From positions 3,561-67,560 of the forward strand of contig CAZXXS010000078.1 of NCBI GenBank assembly GCA_964644845.1: a stretch of 64,000 bases of DNA, given 5' to 3'. The stretch is from an uncultured Cytophagia bacterium (GTDB lineage: Bacteria > Zhuqueibacterota > Zhuqueibacteria > Oleimicrobiales > Geothermoviventaceae). A model generated the notes under the pieces. The model worked only from the letters and a program-made list of their open reading frames with translations. It searched no databases and was not told the DNA's origin. Positions 19,939 through 28,927 of the stretch are shown here, in pieces (within the stretch, counting starts at the first letter, position 1; the number at the start of each line of letters is the position of its first letter). Made by a program: the position numbers and the translations under genes.

Positions 19939-20444
19939 TTTCCCTGCCGGCCGATCTCGCGAAAGCCGTGACGTTCGTACATGGCCCGAGCCCTGGTGTT
20001 CCCTTCGCCCACCCAAAGGATTACGCGTGGGTTTTCCCTTTCCATCGCGCGCACAGCGGTTTCAAAAAGCCGCCGTCCCACACCATGGCCACGGTAGGCA
20101 GGAACCACCACCATTTCGTGGATGTTTCCGACTTGCCCAAGCGTCTCGTCCTGCCACTTCGTGTGAGCCGAGACGAATCCCACGGGCTCACCGTCCTTGT
20201 TCCATGCCACAAAAAAGTGTGTCGGATCGCCGTAGTACAGCCAGTCCAGGTACTTCAACACGCGATCCCGATCGGTGTAAGCGTACTCCTCAAGGTCGCC
20301 GTAGGCAGCCTGGTAGATTTCCGCTAACCGGTCCCGCCACTCAAGATACTCCGCCTCGTCCTTGAACGGACGAACGGATTCCTCGCGTTTCCCCGCATCC
20401 GGCGCAGCTACTTTCGGGACTTGTCGAGTCCTGGCCACACCCAA
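19902..20444 (-). CDS. GNAT family N-acetyltransferase
   Basis: IHEMVVVPAYRGHGVGRRL acetyl-CoA motif and NTRARAMYERHGF; start uncertain. Confidence 0.88.
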   Translation of the reverse strand: MGVARTRQVPKVAAPDAGKREESVRPFKDEAEYLEWRDRLAEIYQAAYGDLEEYAYTDRDRVLKYLDWLYYGDPTHFFVAWNKDGEPVGFVSAHTKWQDETLGQVGNIHEMVVVPAYRGHGVGRRLFETAVRAMERENPRVILWVGEGNTRARAMYERHGFREIGRQGKWIKMLRESSAG

Positions 20445-20478
20445 AATCAGCTCCCAGCCGGTACAGTCGACTACTCAC

Positions 20479-20504
20479 AAAAATAGCCGCCCGTTTAGGC
20501 GGCT
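20479..20504 (-). terminator. Rho-independent terminator downstream of tRNA-Ser
   Basis: Minus strand AGCCGCC-TAAACG-GGCGGCT then ATTTTT, immediately after the CCA end. Confidence 0.8.
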
Positions 20505-20506
20505 TG

Positions 20507-20599
<93 letters not shown>

Positions 20600-20606
20600 G
20601 TCGGTG

Positions 20607-20634
20607 AATTTAGAAAAATCCCCGGCTTAGTCAA
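20607..20634 (-). promoter_or_regulatory. Sigma70-type promoter of tRNA-Ser
   Basis: TTGACT-N16-TAAATT ending 7 nt before the tRNA 5' end; a 16-nt spacer is typical of stable-RNA promoters. Confidence 0.7.
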
Positions 20635-21537
20635 GGGGTTTCTCGGCGGTCTCCCTCGTCTACCCGCCACACTTGAAAAACGCCACCGCGTGGAAAAAAC
20701 CGTCTCCGATCCAAGCACCCGGCCGCAATACCCTACCCACGTTAGGAGCCAAAGGTTCCCGCCCACGTCGAAAAATGTCCGAGCTGAGCCCTGTTCCAGC
20801 ACCGCCAGGACACCTGCCCTCCCGGAGCAAAATGCCTTTCCAGTCCTGATCAGTTCGGCGAGAATCAAAGCGCCCTGAGCTCATCTGCTTTGGTGTGGGC
20901 CGTCCAGGTGACGCCGATTCCCGGGAGAACCCTATTTGGCCCCCCTGATCGACCGACAGTCAGCTGCCCTTTTTCTTACAACTTTCTTACAACGTTGTCC
21001 GTACACGTGGCCGCTGCCTCCCGAACGTGGCCAGCGCTCCACGGCTAAGCATTCCAGAAACAAAAGTAGAAGTTCCGTCCTCAGTCGGGCAGCAGGGAAC
21101 ATCCGCTCGGATGTGGCCCAGACTGAAAGGCGAATTCGCAAGCGACAGCCGAGGTGTTCTTCCAGGTCTTCGAAAGCTCACCGGAAGATCCGGGGGGCCA
21201 ATCTGACCAGCTTGTGTGTACCTGGGCAACCCGCTGGCGAAGAGGCGTTTTCTCGGCGAGAGAAAAGAGGGAACTTCTGGACTGTTTCCAGAGTGCCCGG
21301 GAATTCAATTCGCGGGCTATTTCATGCGTAAACCCGCTAAGGCAGGTTCGAAACCCAACCGGCTTCAACTGGTCTTCACCAGGCTTGGTCAAAAACTGGA
21401 AATCCCAGGCCGAAGTGCAGAGCGATCCTTAAGCTCCTCCCTTAGCCTGGAAACGGTTTTGCCGACAAGAATCAAGCCGCTCTAACGGGTCCGCGAGTTA
21501 CCACGGGAAAATAGGCGAGTCCCTGACCACTTGCTGC

Positions 21538-21566
21538 TTGCGGTTGGCCGCGGGGTTCGCTAAATT
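21538..21566 (+). promoter_or_regulatory. Putative sigma70 promoter of the small Cys-rich protein / HAD operon
   Basis: TTGCGG-N17-TAAATT, the same -10 hexamer as the tRNA promoter. Confidence 0.4.
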
Positions 21567-21640
21567 CTGCGGCAAGTCAAATCGATGGTTGTTTGACGCA
21601 ACGTACTCACTCTGTTCAGTCGCAACTCTGGAGGTCAGGG

Positions 21641-21841
21641 ATGGCAGAGTGCAAACACTACCAGGAGAATCTTAGCCGCTGCAACTGTACGTACGAGCCA
21701 TGTTCTCGGAAGGGCTACTGCTGCCAGTGCATCGCGTACCACAGGGCACACGGCGAGTTGCCAGCGTGTTTCTTCCCGGACGACGTCGAACGGACGTACG
21801 ACCGTTCCATCCGCCGATTCGTTCAGCTTCACTCCCGCTGA
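21641..21841 (+). CDS. Small cysteine-rich protein (DUF6485-like, 66 aa)
   Basis: GGAGGT RBS; C...CxCxxxxC...CCxC..H......PxCFF...E.TYDRS pattern. Confidence 0.8.
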   Translation: MAECKHYQENLSRCNCTYEPCSRKGYCCQCIAYHRAHGELPACFFPDDVERTYDRSIRRFVQLHSR

Positions 21842-21869
21842 CCCCGAAACACACAAGGAGATCGAACGC

Positions 21870-22544
21870 TTGGATTTTGAAGCCATCATTTTCGATCTTG
21901 ACGGAACACTGGTGGACACCGCACCAGACGTGTGGCGCTCGGCAAACCACACCCTGCGCTTGATGGGATTGCGCGAAATTACCCTTGAACAAGCCCAGCG
22001 AAGCATCGGGCCTGGTCCGGACAATTTCGCTCGCATCGTCCTTCCCCAGGGGCAGCTCGACCGCTTCGACGAATTCATCAGCCTTTTCCGCCAGCACTAC
22101 GCCGACCACTGCCTCGACAACACGCAGCCTTTCCCCGGTGTGATTCAGCTTTTGCAGCAACTGGATTTCATTCGTAAGGCTGTGGCGAGCAACAAACCCC
22201 GTGTGTACACGGAGAAAATCCTGGATCAACTCGGTTTGATGCCTTTTTTCGACACCGTTGTTGGCCCTGAGGATGTTCAGCGGGTCAAACCCGAACCGGA
22301 CATGTTGCTTCTTGCGGCGCAACGTCTGGAGGCAAGACCTGCCCGGACACTCATGGTCGGCGACACCGACAACGACATCCTTGCAGCACGCCGTGCAGGG
22401 ATGCCAACGTGCGCCGTAACTTACGGGTACAGTCCCAAAACCGTGCTGTTAGCCTTGAGGCCGGATTACTTGATCGATTCCCCCCTGGACCTACTGGAGG
22501 TGCTGGGCGTGCCTTCCAGAGCCGCCAGTACCGCTGCCAGGTAG
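21870..22544 (+). CDS. HAD-IA phosphatase (phosphoglycolate phosphatase / MupP-like)
   Basis: FDLDGTLVDT, VASNKP, KPEP, MVGDTDND motifs; TTG start. Confidence 0.88.
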   Translation: MDFEAIIFDLDGTLVDTAPDVWRSANHTLRLMGLREITLEQAQRSIGPGPDNFARIVLPQGQLDRFDEFISLFRQHYADHCLDNTQPFPGVIQLLQQLDFIRKAVASNKPRVYTEKILDQLGLMPFFDTVVGPEDVQRVKPEPDMLLLAAQRLEARPARTLMVGDTDNDILAARRAGMPTCAVTYGYSPKTVLLALRPDYLIDSPLDLLEVLGVPSRAASTAAR

Positions 22545-22711
22545 GCGTGGATTGTTACCCGGCCTCCGCTGCTGACAGTGCGAGCAGCTGTGCACTTCAC
22601 GCCTACGTTTGGGTCGGAACAACAAGGGCTACAGCGGCCATCGTTGTGCAAACCCGACCTTGGACTCAGTCGCAGTGATTCATTCAAGCAAACCCGTTTG
22701 GAGGTCTCGGA

Positions 22712-23842
22712 ATGAACGTGTCTCGTAAGGAATTTTTGGAAATCTCCGGGCTCACGCTCGCGGGTCTCGGTTTCGGTAGGCTTCTTGGGCGCGTAAACGT
22801 TGCGAAAGCCTCCACGAAAGGCTTCACCTTGAGCTACAAGCCGATCCGCCTTGTTCTGAAACACGCCTGGACCCTCAGCCGCAACACCAGCACCTACAAG
22901 GACAACGTGTTCGTGAAGCTTGAGGCCGACGGTGAATTTGGCCTTGGCGAAGCGGCTCACAACGTTCGCTACCACGAAACGCTGCAAACCACAACGGAGA
23001 CGCTCGAGAAGGCTCGCCCCACCCTCGCAAATGCCGATCCGTGGCATTTTGTCGACACACAGCTTACCATTTTCGGGCTTGTCAAAGGCCAAAACGCCGC
23101 AAAAGCCGCCCTCGACATGGCCATGTTAGACTGGATTGGCAAGAAACTCGGTGTTCCCCTGTACCGGTTCTGGGGCCTCAATCCCAAGAAAGCACCGCAA
23201 ACCACTTTTTCAATTGGCATCGACAAGCCAGAGGTGATCAAACAAAAGGTGCGTGAAGCAGCGCCTTACCCGATTCTCAAAATCAAGATGGGCAAAGGCA
23301 ACGACGAGGAAATTCTCAAAGCCATCCGCGATGTGACGGACAAGCCGCTGCGCGTGGATGTGAACGAAGGTTGGAAAACCAGAGAAGAGGCCCTGCGCAA
23401 AATTGAGTGGCTGGCAAAAAACGGCGTGGAATTCGTGGAACAACCCATGCCGGCTGACAAGTTCGAGGATTCGGTGTGGCTAAAGGAACGCTCGCCGCTG
23501 CCCATCATTGCCGACGAATCCGTTAAGACATCGGCGGACATCCCAAAGCTCGCCGAGGCCTTCCACGGTGTGAACATCAAAGTGGACAAGGCCGGTGGAC
23601 TTCAGGAGGCGTACCGGGCCATCTGGATGGCGAAGGCCGTCGGCTTGAAGACCATGCTCGGCTGCATGATCGCCAGTTCCCTGTCCATCACCGCCGCAGC
23701 GCACCTTTCGCCGCTCGTGGACTACGCAGACCTGGACGGGAATCTGCTCATTTCGAACGACCCGTTCGAAGGCGTCAAAGTAAAGGACGGCTGGTTGATT
23801 TTGCCGGACAGACCGGGCATCGGTGTGAAGGGCTCGTTCTGA
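22712..23842 (+). CDS. Dipeptide epimerase (L-Ala-D/L-Glu epimerase, enolase superfamily) with a Tat-like signal
   Basis: KIKMG, DVNEG, EQP, DES, NIKVDK, DLDG motifs; N-terminus SRKEFL plus hydrophobic stretch and AKA site. Confidence 0.88.
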   Translation: MNVSRKEFLEISGLTLAGLGFGRLLGRVNVAKASTKGFTLSYKPIRLVLKHAWTLSRNTSTYKDNVFVKLEADGEFGLGEAAHNVRYHETLQTTTETLEKARPTLANADPWHFVDTQLTIFGLVKGQNAAKAALDMAMLDWIGKKLGVPLYRFWGLNPKKAPQTTFSIGIDKPEVIKQKVREAAPYPILKIKMGKGNDEEILKAIRDVTDKPLRVDVNEGWKTREEALRKIEWLAKNGVEFVEQPMPADKFEDSVWLKERSPLPIIADESVKTSADIPKLAEAFHGVNIKVDKAGGLQEAYRAIWMAKAVGLKTMLGCMIASSLSITAAAHLSPLVDYADLDGNLLISNDPFEGVKVKDGWLILPDRPGIGVKGSF

Positions 23843-24265
23843 GCCGGATCGCCAGATGACTGAGGCCACCGACTTTCGGTGACAGAATCCTCAGCGCTGC
23901 GCGAAGCGTCTGAACTACTTCAGCGCTCTCGTAAGAGGGCTCCGTGGTTGGTTTTCTTTGCACAGATCCAGGAACTGCACGGGCTCAACTGTGGCGTCGG
24001 ACCGGTGTCCCGAATTCAGGACTCTTTCACTTCAGACACCCGTGTCTGCACGAGAAGTGTGGGAAGTGGTTCTGCTTTTGGCAGTGCGTCTGGTCGCGGT
24101 AGAACTGTTTCGTCCGGGCGTTCCCGTGCCTGTGTGTCGCATGTTTCCCACCTGCCGAGCTGACAGGGCTCGCACCCCGGACCACGGCGCTCGAACCTAC
24201 ACACCGACCGTCCAGTTCAACGGCGTTGTTGCGGGGGTACCGTACAACTTGCGTGGAGGTGCGTC

Positions 24266-25168
24266 ATGCACAACACGGCGAAACCCCTGGTCCTTTCCCT
24301 CGTTCTTCTCTCTTTACCTTCGTCACCGTCTGCAGCGGCTCCTGGAGCAGGCCTCTTACTTGTAGCCCACGGAGCGCCCGGCAAAAGCTGGACGCAACCG
24401 ATTCTGCACCTGGCGACCAGGGTCGACAGCGTTCTCAAGGAGCGGGGGGAACGTCCTTTCTGTCGCGTCGCGGTTGCTTTTCTGGAATTCGCCAAACCAA
24501 CCGTTGCTGAGGCTGTTTCGGCCCTTGAGCGCGAAGGGGCCGATTCCGTTTTTGTTCTGCCCATTTTCATCGCTCCCTCGGGACACACGCTACGCGACCT
24601 GCCCAACGTGCTGGGGCAATCAGCGGACCCGGACGTTCTTCAGCAGCTCGCCGACGAAAGTACGCCAATTGTTCGTACGCGTGCCCACGTGACCGTTGGT
24701 CCCACGCTGGCCTACGGCGATTTTCTCGAGCGCGCTCTGGTCCGGCAGGCCAAGCGAATCTCCACCAGGCCAGATTCCGAAGCCGTGGTCATCCTGGCGC
24801 ACGGAGATTCGGATTTCGCGCCCATCTGGCGCAAGTTGCTGATTCGACTCGGGGCCGCTGTGTGCGGCCGTACTGGCATCAGCTGGTTCAACTTTGCCAC
24901 CGTCGAAACGGGTCAGGCATTTCTGGAAAACGGGTTACCAGTCATCCGGCAGGCTCTCGAAGCGCGTCCTCGCGTACTCGTGCTCGGCCTGTACGTGAAT
25001 TTGCCAGCAGAAAAGATCGCCAAACGTCATCAGGACCAGCTTCGAACCCTCTTGAGCAACTTTCGCGGGCGCCGTGTTCTGTTCTCCAGCGCAGCGATTG
25101 TCAACGATCCGGATCTCCCAGCCTGGTTAGCTGGCCTGGCCACAAGCATCCGCCGAGCAAGACGCTAA
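24266..25168 (+). CDS. Exported CbiX/SirB-type class II chelatase-like protein
   Basis: Signal peptide; LLVAHG, VAFLEFAKPT, LPIFIAPSGHT; second domain with VILAHG. Confidence 0.78.
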   Translation: MHNTAKPLVLSLVLLSLPSSPSAAAPGAGLLLVAHGAPGKSWTQPILHLATRVDSVLKERGERPFCRVAVAFLEFAKPTVAEAVSALEREGADSVFVLPIFIAPSGHTLRDLPNVLGQSADPDVLQQLADESTPIVRTRAHVTVGPTLAYGDFLERALVRQAKRISTRPDSEAVVILAHGDSDFAPIWRKLLIRLGAAVCGRTGISWFNFATVETGQAFLENGLPVIRQALEARPRVLVLGLYVNLPAEKIAKRHQDQLRTLLSNFRGRRVLFSSAAIVNDPDLPAWLAGLATSIRRARR

Positions 25169-25456
25169 AAGCACGCGCCAGCAGGCTCAAATGACGAGGA
25201 GTTCGCAGGCCCTTCCTGATCAAATGTTTACGGACTCGACGCAATTCGCTCCTACAGTGAGTCTCCTTTACCATTCTGCAAGTGCTTTTCGCAGCTGACG
25301 GAGGGTCTCCCTTGTTTGTCCACTTCCGCGACGTTGGGGCACTGCACTTGGTGCGTGTCGATTCGGTCCTGGATCGCGTTCTGCAGGTCGGAAGCATCAA
25401 AGTTCGACAGCTAATGTTAGGTTAACAGCTCCGCAACCCATCGGAAGGTTCATGCC

Positions 25457-27814
25457 ATGGCCATTTCTGAGAAAATGCGCACCTACATCCAGTTTGAAAT
25501 CCCCGAGGAGGCGATTTTCAATCCGGACCGCTGGGCGTTTGCCTACGTAACCACACTGACGGGTTGGGACTCCGGGCCGTCCGGCCTCAGTACCAGCCTG
25601 CGTCTGAGCGACGGATCTGAGGCGTGGCTCGACGTTTCCGTTTGGGCACCCGGTGCACTCCGTTTCCGGTTTGGCAGGCCAGGCAGGCACTGGCCCGATT
25701 GTTCGGAAATGCTCACCGGGCATCCAGAGCCCGCACCCCACAAAGTCGAAAGCGGCGGCAAAACACTGGTTTTTCGGGCGCCTGGCGTGGAGGTCAGGAT
25801 CGAACAGGACCCCTGGCAATTGGAAATTCGCGACGAACGAGGCCACGTGCTTCAGCGGACGCACGACGTCGGCCCATTGAAGCAGCATTTCCCCCTTTAC
25901 CCGCTGGGTCTGCAGCGGGAACAGAGGACGAACCGTGTCCGGGTGTTTGCCAGTTTCGACCTCTGGCCGGATGAAGGCCTTTTCGGACTCGGTGAAAAGT
26001 TCGGGCCTTTGAACAAACGGGGACAGCGTGTTGTCTCCTGGGATTCGGACACGACCAACTGTTCCACTGACCGCGCGTACAAGAACGTCCCTTTTCTGAT
26101 GTCAACTCGCGGCTACGGGCTGTTTCTGCACGACAGTCACCGCATCGAGTACGAACTGGGCAGCTGGAGTTTCACGGCCACCAGTTTCGCCGTGGAGAAC
26201 GATGGCCTGGAATGGTTCTTCATCTACGGTCCCGAACTGCGGCAAGTTCTGCGACGGTACACGGCTTTGACAGGCAGAGCCCCAGTGCCACCTCTCTGGA
26301 GCTTTGGCCTCTGGATGTCTCGTTTCGGCTACAAGAATCGGGCAGAGCTGGAAGAAATCGCCACCAAACTGCGCCGGCACCGCATTCCCACCGACGTGTT
26401 GCATTTGGACCCTTTTTGGCTTCACAAGGATCGCTACTGTGACCTCGAGTGGGACGAAACGGCCTTTCCAAACCCGGAGGAGATGCTTCAAGGCCTTGCC
26501 CAGCAGGGTTTCAAGGTGTGCCTCTGGGAACAGCCGTTTGTACCCGTGAGCTCGTCGATGTACCGCGAAGGGGCAGAAAAGGGCTACTTTGTTCGAGACG
26601 GGGAGGGAAACATCCTTCTCATCCACGACTTCGAGGAAAAAGAAACAGCGGTCGTGGATTTCACCAATCCCGAAGCCGTTCGGTGGTACCAGGACAAACA
26701 CCGTCGTCTGCTCAAACAGGGCGTCGCCGTTTTCAAAACCGACATGGGCGAAGCCGTGCCGCGGGAAGCCGTGTTCGCCGACGGCCGGCATGGCGACGAA
26801 ATGCACAATCTCTACCCGCTGCTGTACAATCGTACGGTCTGGGAAACTGTCGCAGAAAAATGGAACGGCTGTGGGATCGTTTGGGGACGCTCGGGCTACG
26901 CGGGGAGTCAGCGCTACCCGGTGAACTGGGGTGGCGACTCATTCAGCACGTTCAGCGAGATGGCCGCTGTGCTCCGCGGGGGGCTCAGTTACGGACTTTC
27001 CGGCGTCCCGTTCTGGAGTCAGGACATCGGTGGCTTTCAGGGGGGAAAACCCAGTCCAGAGCTCTACGTACGCTGGGCCCAGTGGGGACTGCTGAACTCG
27101 CACAGTCGCTGCCACGGCGTGCAGCCTCGTGAACCCTGGGAGTACGGCGAAGAGGCAGAACGCGTGTTCCGAACATTCGCCGAACTGCGCTACAGCCTCT
27201 TGCCCTACATTTGGAGTGCAGCACACGAGGCGTCCGAAACGGGGCTTCCTGTAATGCGACCGCTTGTTCTCGAGTTTCAAAAGGATCCGACCACCTGGCA
27301 CATTGACACACAGTACCTTTTCGGGCCGTGGCTTCTTGTCGTACCTGTGCTGGAAGCAGGCGGGTCGGTGCGCTTCTACTTGCCTCCAGGTTTTTGGCTG
27401 GACTTCTGGACGGGCGAAGTTCTGGAAGGTCCCTCCTGGCACGAACGCGTCGTGCCCCTGGACAAGATTCCGCTTTTCCTCCGCGAAGGCGCGCTCGTAA
27501 GCAGGGCACCCGTAGGCCAGTTCGTCGGCGAAAAACCGTGGTCTCCGCTGGAACTGGAAATGTTTGTCACCTCAAGCTCCGAGTGGACGCTCAGAGACAG
27601 CACAGGACGCCCTCAACGGGTACGGGTGCAGGTGGCGGAAGGTCTTGCCGACATCCGTTGGGACCCGCTACCTACAAACGTCCACCTGGTGTGGCGTGGG
27701 CCAGTTCGGGTTGACGCCTTTCGACTGAACGGTTTACTACCGGAAGCCCAACCCCAGACACTTCCCTCGGGGGAAAATCGGGTCAACGCTGTGTTTGACC
27801 AACACACGAGGTAG
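25457..27814 (+). CDS. Glycoside hydrolase family 31 (YicI/alpha-xylosidase-like)
   Basis: FGLGEKFGPLNKRG, AYKNVPF, FKTDMGE nucleophile, WGGD acid/base, SQDIGGF, RYSLLPYI, QYLFG motifs. Confidence 0.93.
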   Translation: MAISEKMRTYIQFEIPEEAIFNPDRWAFAYVTTLTGWDSGPSGLSTSLRLSDGSEAWLDVSVWAPGALRFRFGRPGRHWPDCSEMLTGHPEPAPHKVESGGKTLVFRAPGVEVRIEQDPWQLEIRDERGHVLQRTHDVGPLKQHFPLYPLGLQREQRTNRVRVFASFDLWPDEGLFGLGEKFGPLNKRGQRVVSWDSDTTNCSTDRAYKNVPFLMSTRGYGLFLHDSHRIEYELGSWSFTATSFAVENDGLEWFFIYGPELRQVLRRYTALTGRAPVPPLWSFGLWMSRFGYKNRAELEEIATKLRRHRIPTDVLHLDPFWLHKDRYCDLEWDETAFPNPEEMLQGLAQQGFKVCLWEQPFVPVSSSMYREGAEKGYFVRDGEGNILLIHDFEEKETAVVDFTNPEAVRWYQDKHRRLLKQGVAVFKTDMGEAVPREAVFADGRHGDEMHNLYPLLYNRTVWETVAEKWNGCGIVWGRSGYAGSQRYPVNWGGDSFSTFSEMAAVLRGGLSYGLSGVPFWSQDIGGFQGGKPSPELYVRWAQWGLLNSHSRCHGVQPREPWEYGEEAERVFRTFAELRYSLLPYIWSAAHEASETGLPVMRPLVLEFQKDPTTWHIDTQYLFGPWLLVVPVLEAGGSVRFYLPPGFWLDFWTGEVLEGPSWHERVVPLDKIPLFLREGALVSRAPVGQFVGEKPWSPLELEMFVTSSSEWTLRDSTGRPQRVRVQVAEGLADIRWDPLPTNVHLVWRGPVRVDAFRLNGLLPEAQPQTLPSGENRVNAVFDQHTR

Positions 27815-27847
27815 ATCGGAGAGCGAGAAAAGCACGGAGCGAACCGG

Positions 27848-28903
27848 ATGGAACAACTGGGCTGGGGCATCATCGGTTGTGGCGTGATCGGGTACTGGCA
27901 CGACCAGGCGGTGCGCCAGAATGCAGATCGGGCCCGGGTTGTCGCCTACTGCGACAGTAAGAGGGAACGCGCTGAGCGCTTCAATCAACAGTATGCCCAC
28001 GGCAGCGCACGCGTGTACGCGGACTTTCGCGAGATGCTACGAGATCCCAATGTGGACGTGGTGTCAGTCTGCACCCCTTCCGGCTACCACATGGAGCCCG
28101 TCCTGGCAGCGGCAGCGGCAGGGAAACACATTCTTTGCGAGAAACCGATTGAGATCAAACTCGACCGCATCGACCGCATGATCGACGCGGCGGAGAAGCA
28201 CCGCGTCAAGCTTGCGGTCGTCTTCCAGCGGCGCACGTACGAGCCTTGCCAAAAGATCAAAGCCGCTCTGGACGCCGGGGAGCTCGGCAGGCCAATCCTT
28301 GGAAGCGTCTACCTCAAGTATTTCCGCAGTCAGCACTACTACAACTCCGGTGCGTGGCGTGGCACCTGGGACTTAGATGGCGGTGGGGCCCTGATGAACC
28401 AGGGAATTCACGGGATCGATTTGCTGCTCTGGTTCATGGGCGACGTGCGCAGCGTGGTCGCCAAGATCCGTACGCTGTCGCGTAAAATCGAGACGGAAGA
28501 CACGGCTGTAGCATCTTTGGAGTTTACCAGCGGTGCGCTCGGCACCATCGACGGCACCACAGCCGCAAACCCCGGCGAGCCAACACGCCTTGAGCTCCAC
28601 GGAGTTCGCGGAACCATCATTTTCGAGGAATCAAGAATTACAAAGTGGGCTGTCGGTGGCGACGAAAATCACCCCGCTGCTGAAGTGAAACTTCCAGCGG
28701 AAGAAGCCGAGCCGGCCGGAGGGAAGCTCGACGAGAAAGCGCTCGCAGGTCTGGGCCACGTCCGACATGTGGCTGATCTCCTCGGTGCCATCGAGCAAGA
28801 CCGCGACCCATTGGTTACGGCAAAAGAGGCTCGTCGCTCAGTCGAGTTGATTCTCGCCATTTACGAGTCGTCAAGGATCAATCAGGAAATTGTACTCCGT
28901 TAG
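27848..28903 (+). CDS. Gfo/Idh/MocA family oxidoreductase
   Basis: GIIGCGVIG, LCEKP, WRGTWDLDGGGALMNQGIHGIDL motifs. Confidence 0.92.
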   Translation: MEQLGWGIIGCGVIGYWHDQAVRQNADRARVVAYCDSKRERAERFNQQYAHGSARVYADFREMLRDPNVDVVSVCTPSGYHMEPVLAAAAAGKHILCEKPIEIKLDRIDRMIDAAEKHRVKLAVVFQRRTYEPCQKIKAALDAGELGRPILGSVYLKYFRSQHYYNSGAWRGTWDLDGGGALMNQGIHGIDLLLWFMGDVRSVVAKIRTLSRKIETEDTAVASLEFTSGALGTIDGTTAANPGEPTRLELHGVRGTIIFEESRITKWAVGGDENHPAAEVKLPAEEAEPAGGKLDEKALAGLGHVRHVADLLGAIEQDRDPLVTAKEARRSVELILAIYESSRINQEIVLR

Positions 28904-28927
28904 TTTCTTTGCCAAAGGAGGGAGGTC

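Noticed and set aside
21342-21358. GGTTCGAAACCC T-loop-like motif (possible tRNA or tmRNA fragment)
   Set aside because: Flanks do not form a T-stem or acceptor stem, and there is no cloverleaf.
23843-24265. Cobalamin riboswitch upstream of the CbiX-like gene
   Set aside because: No B12-box or GCCACTG/GGGAA core elements found.
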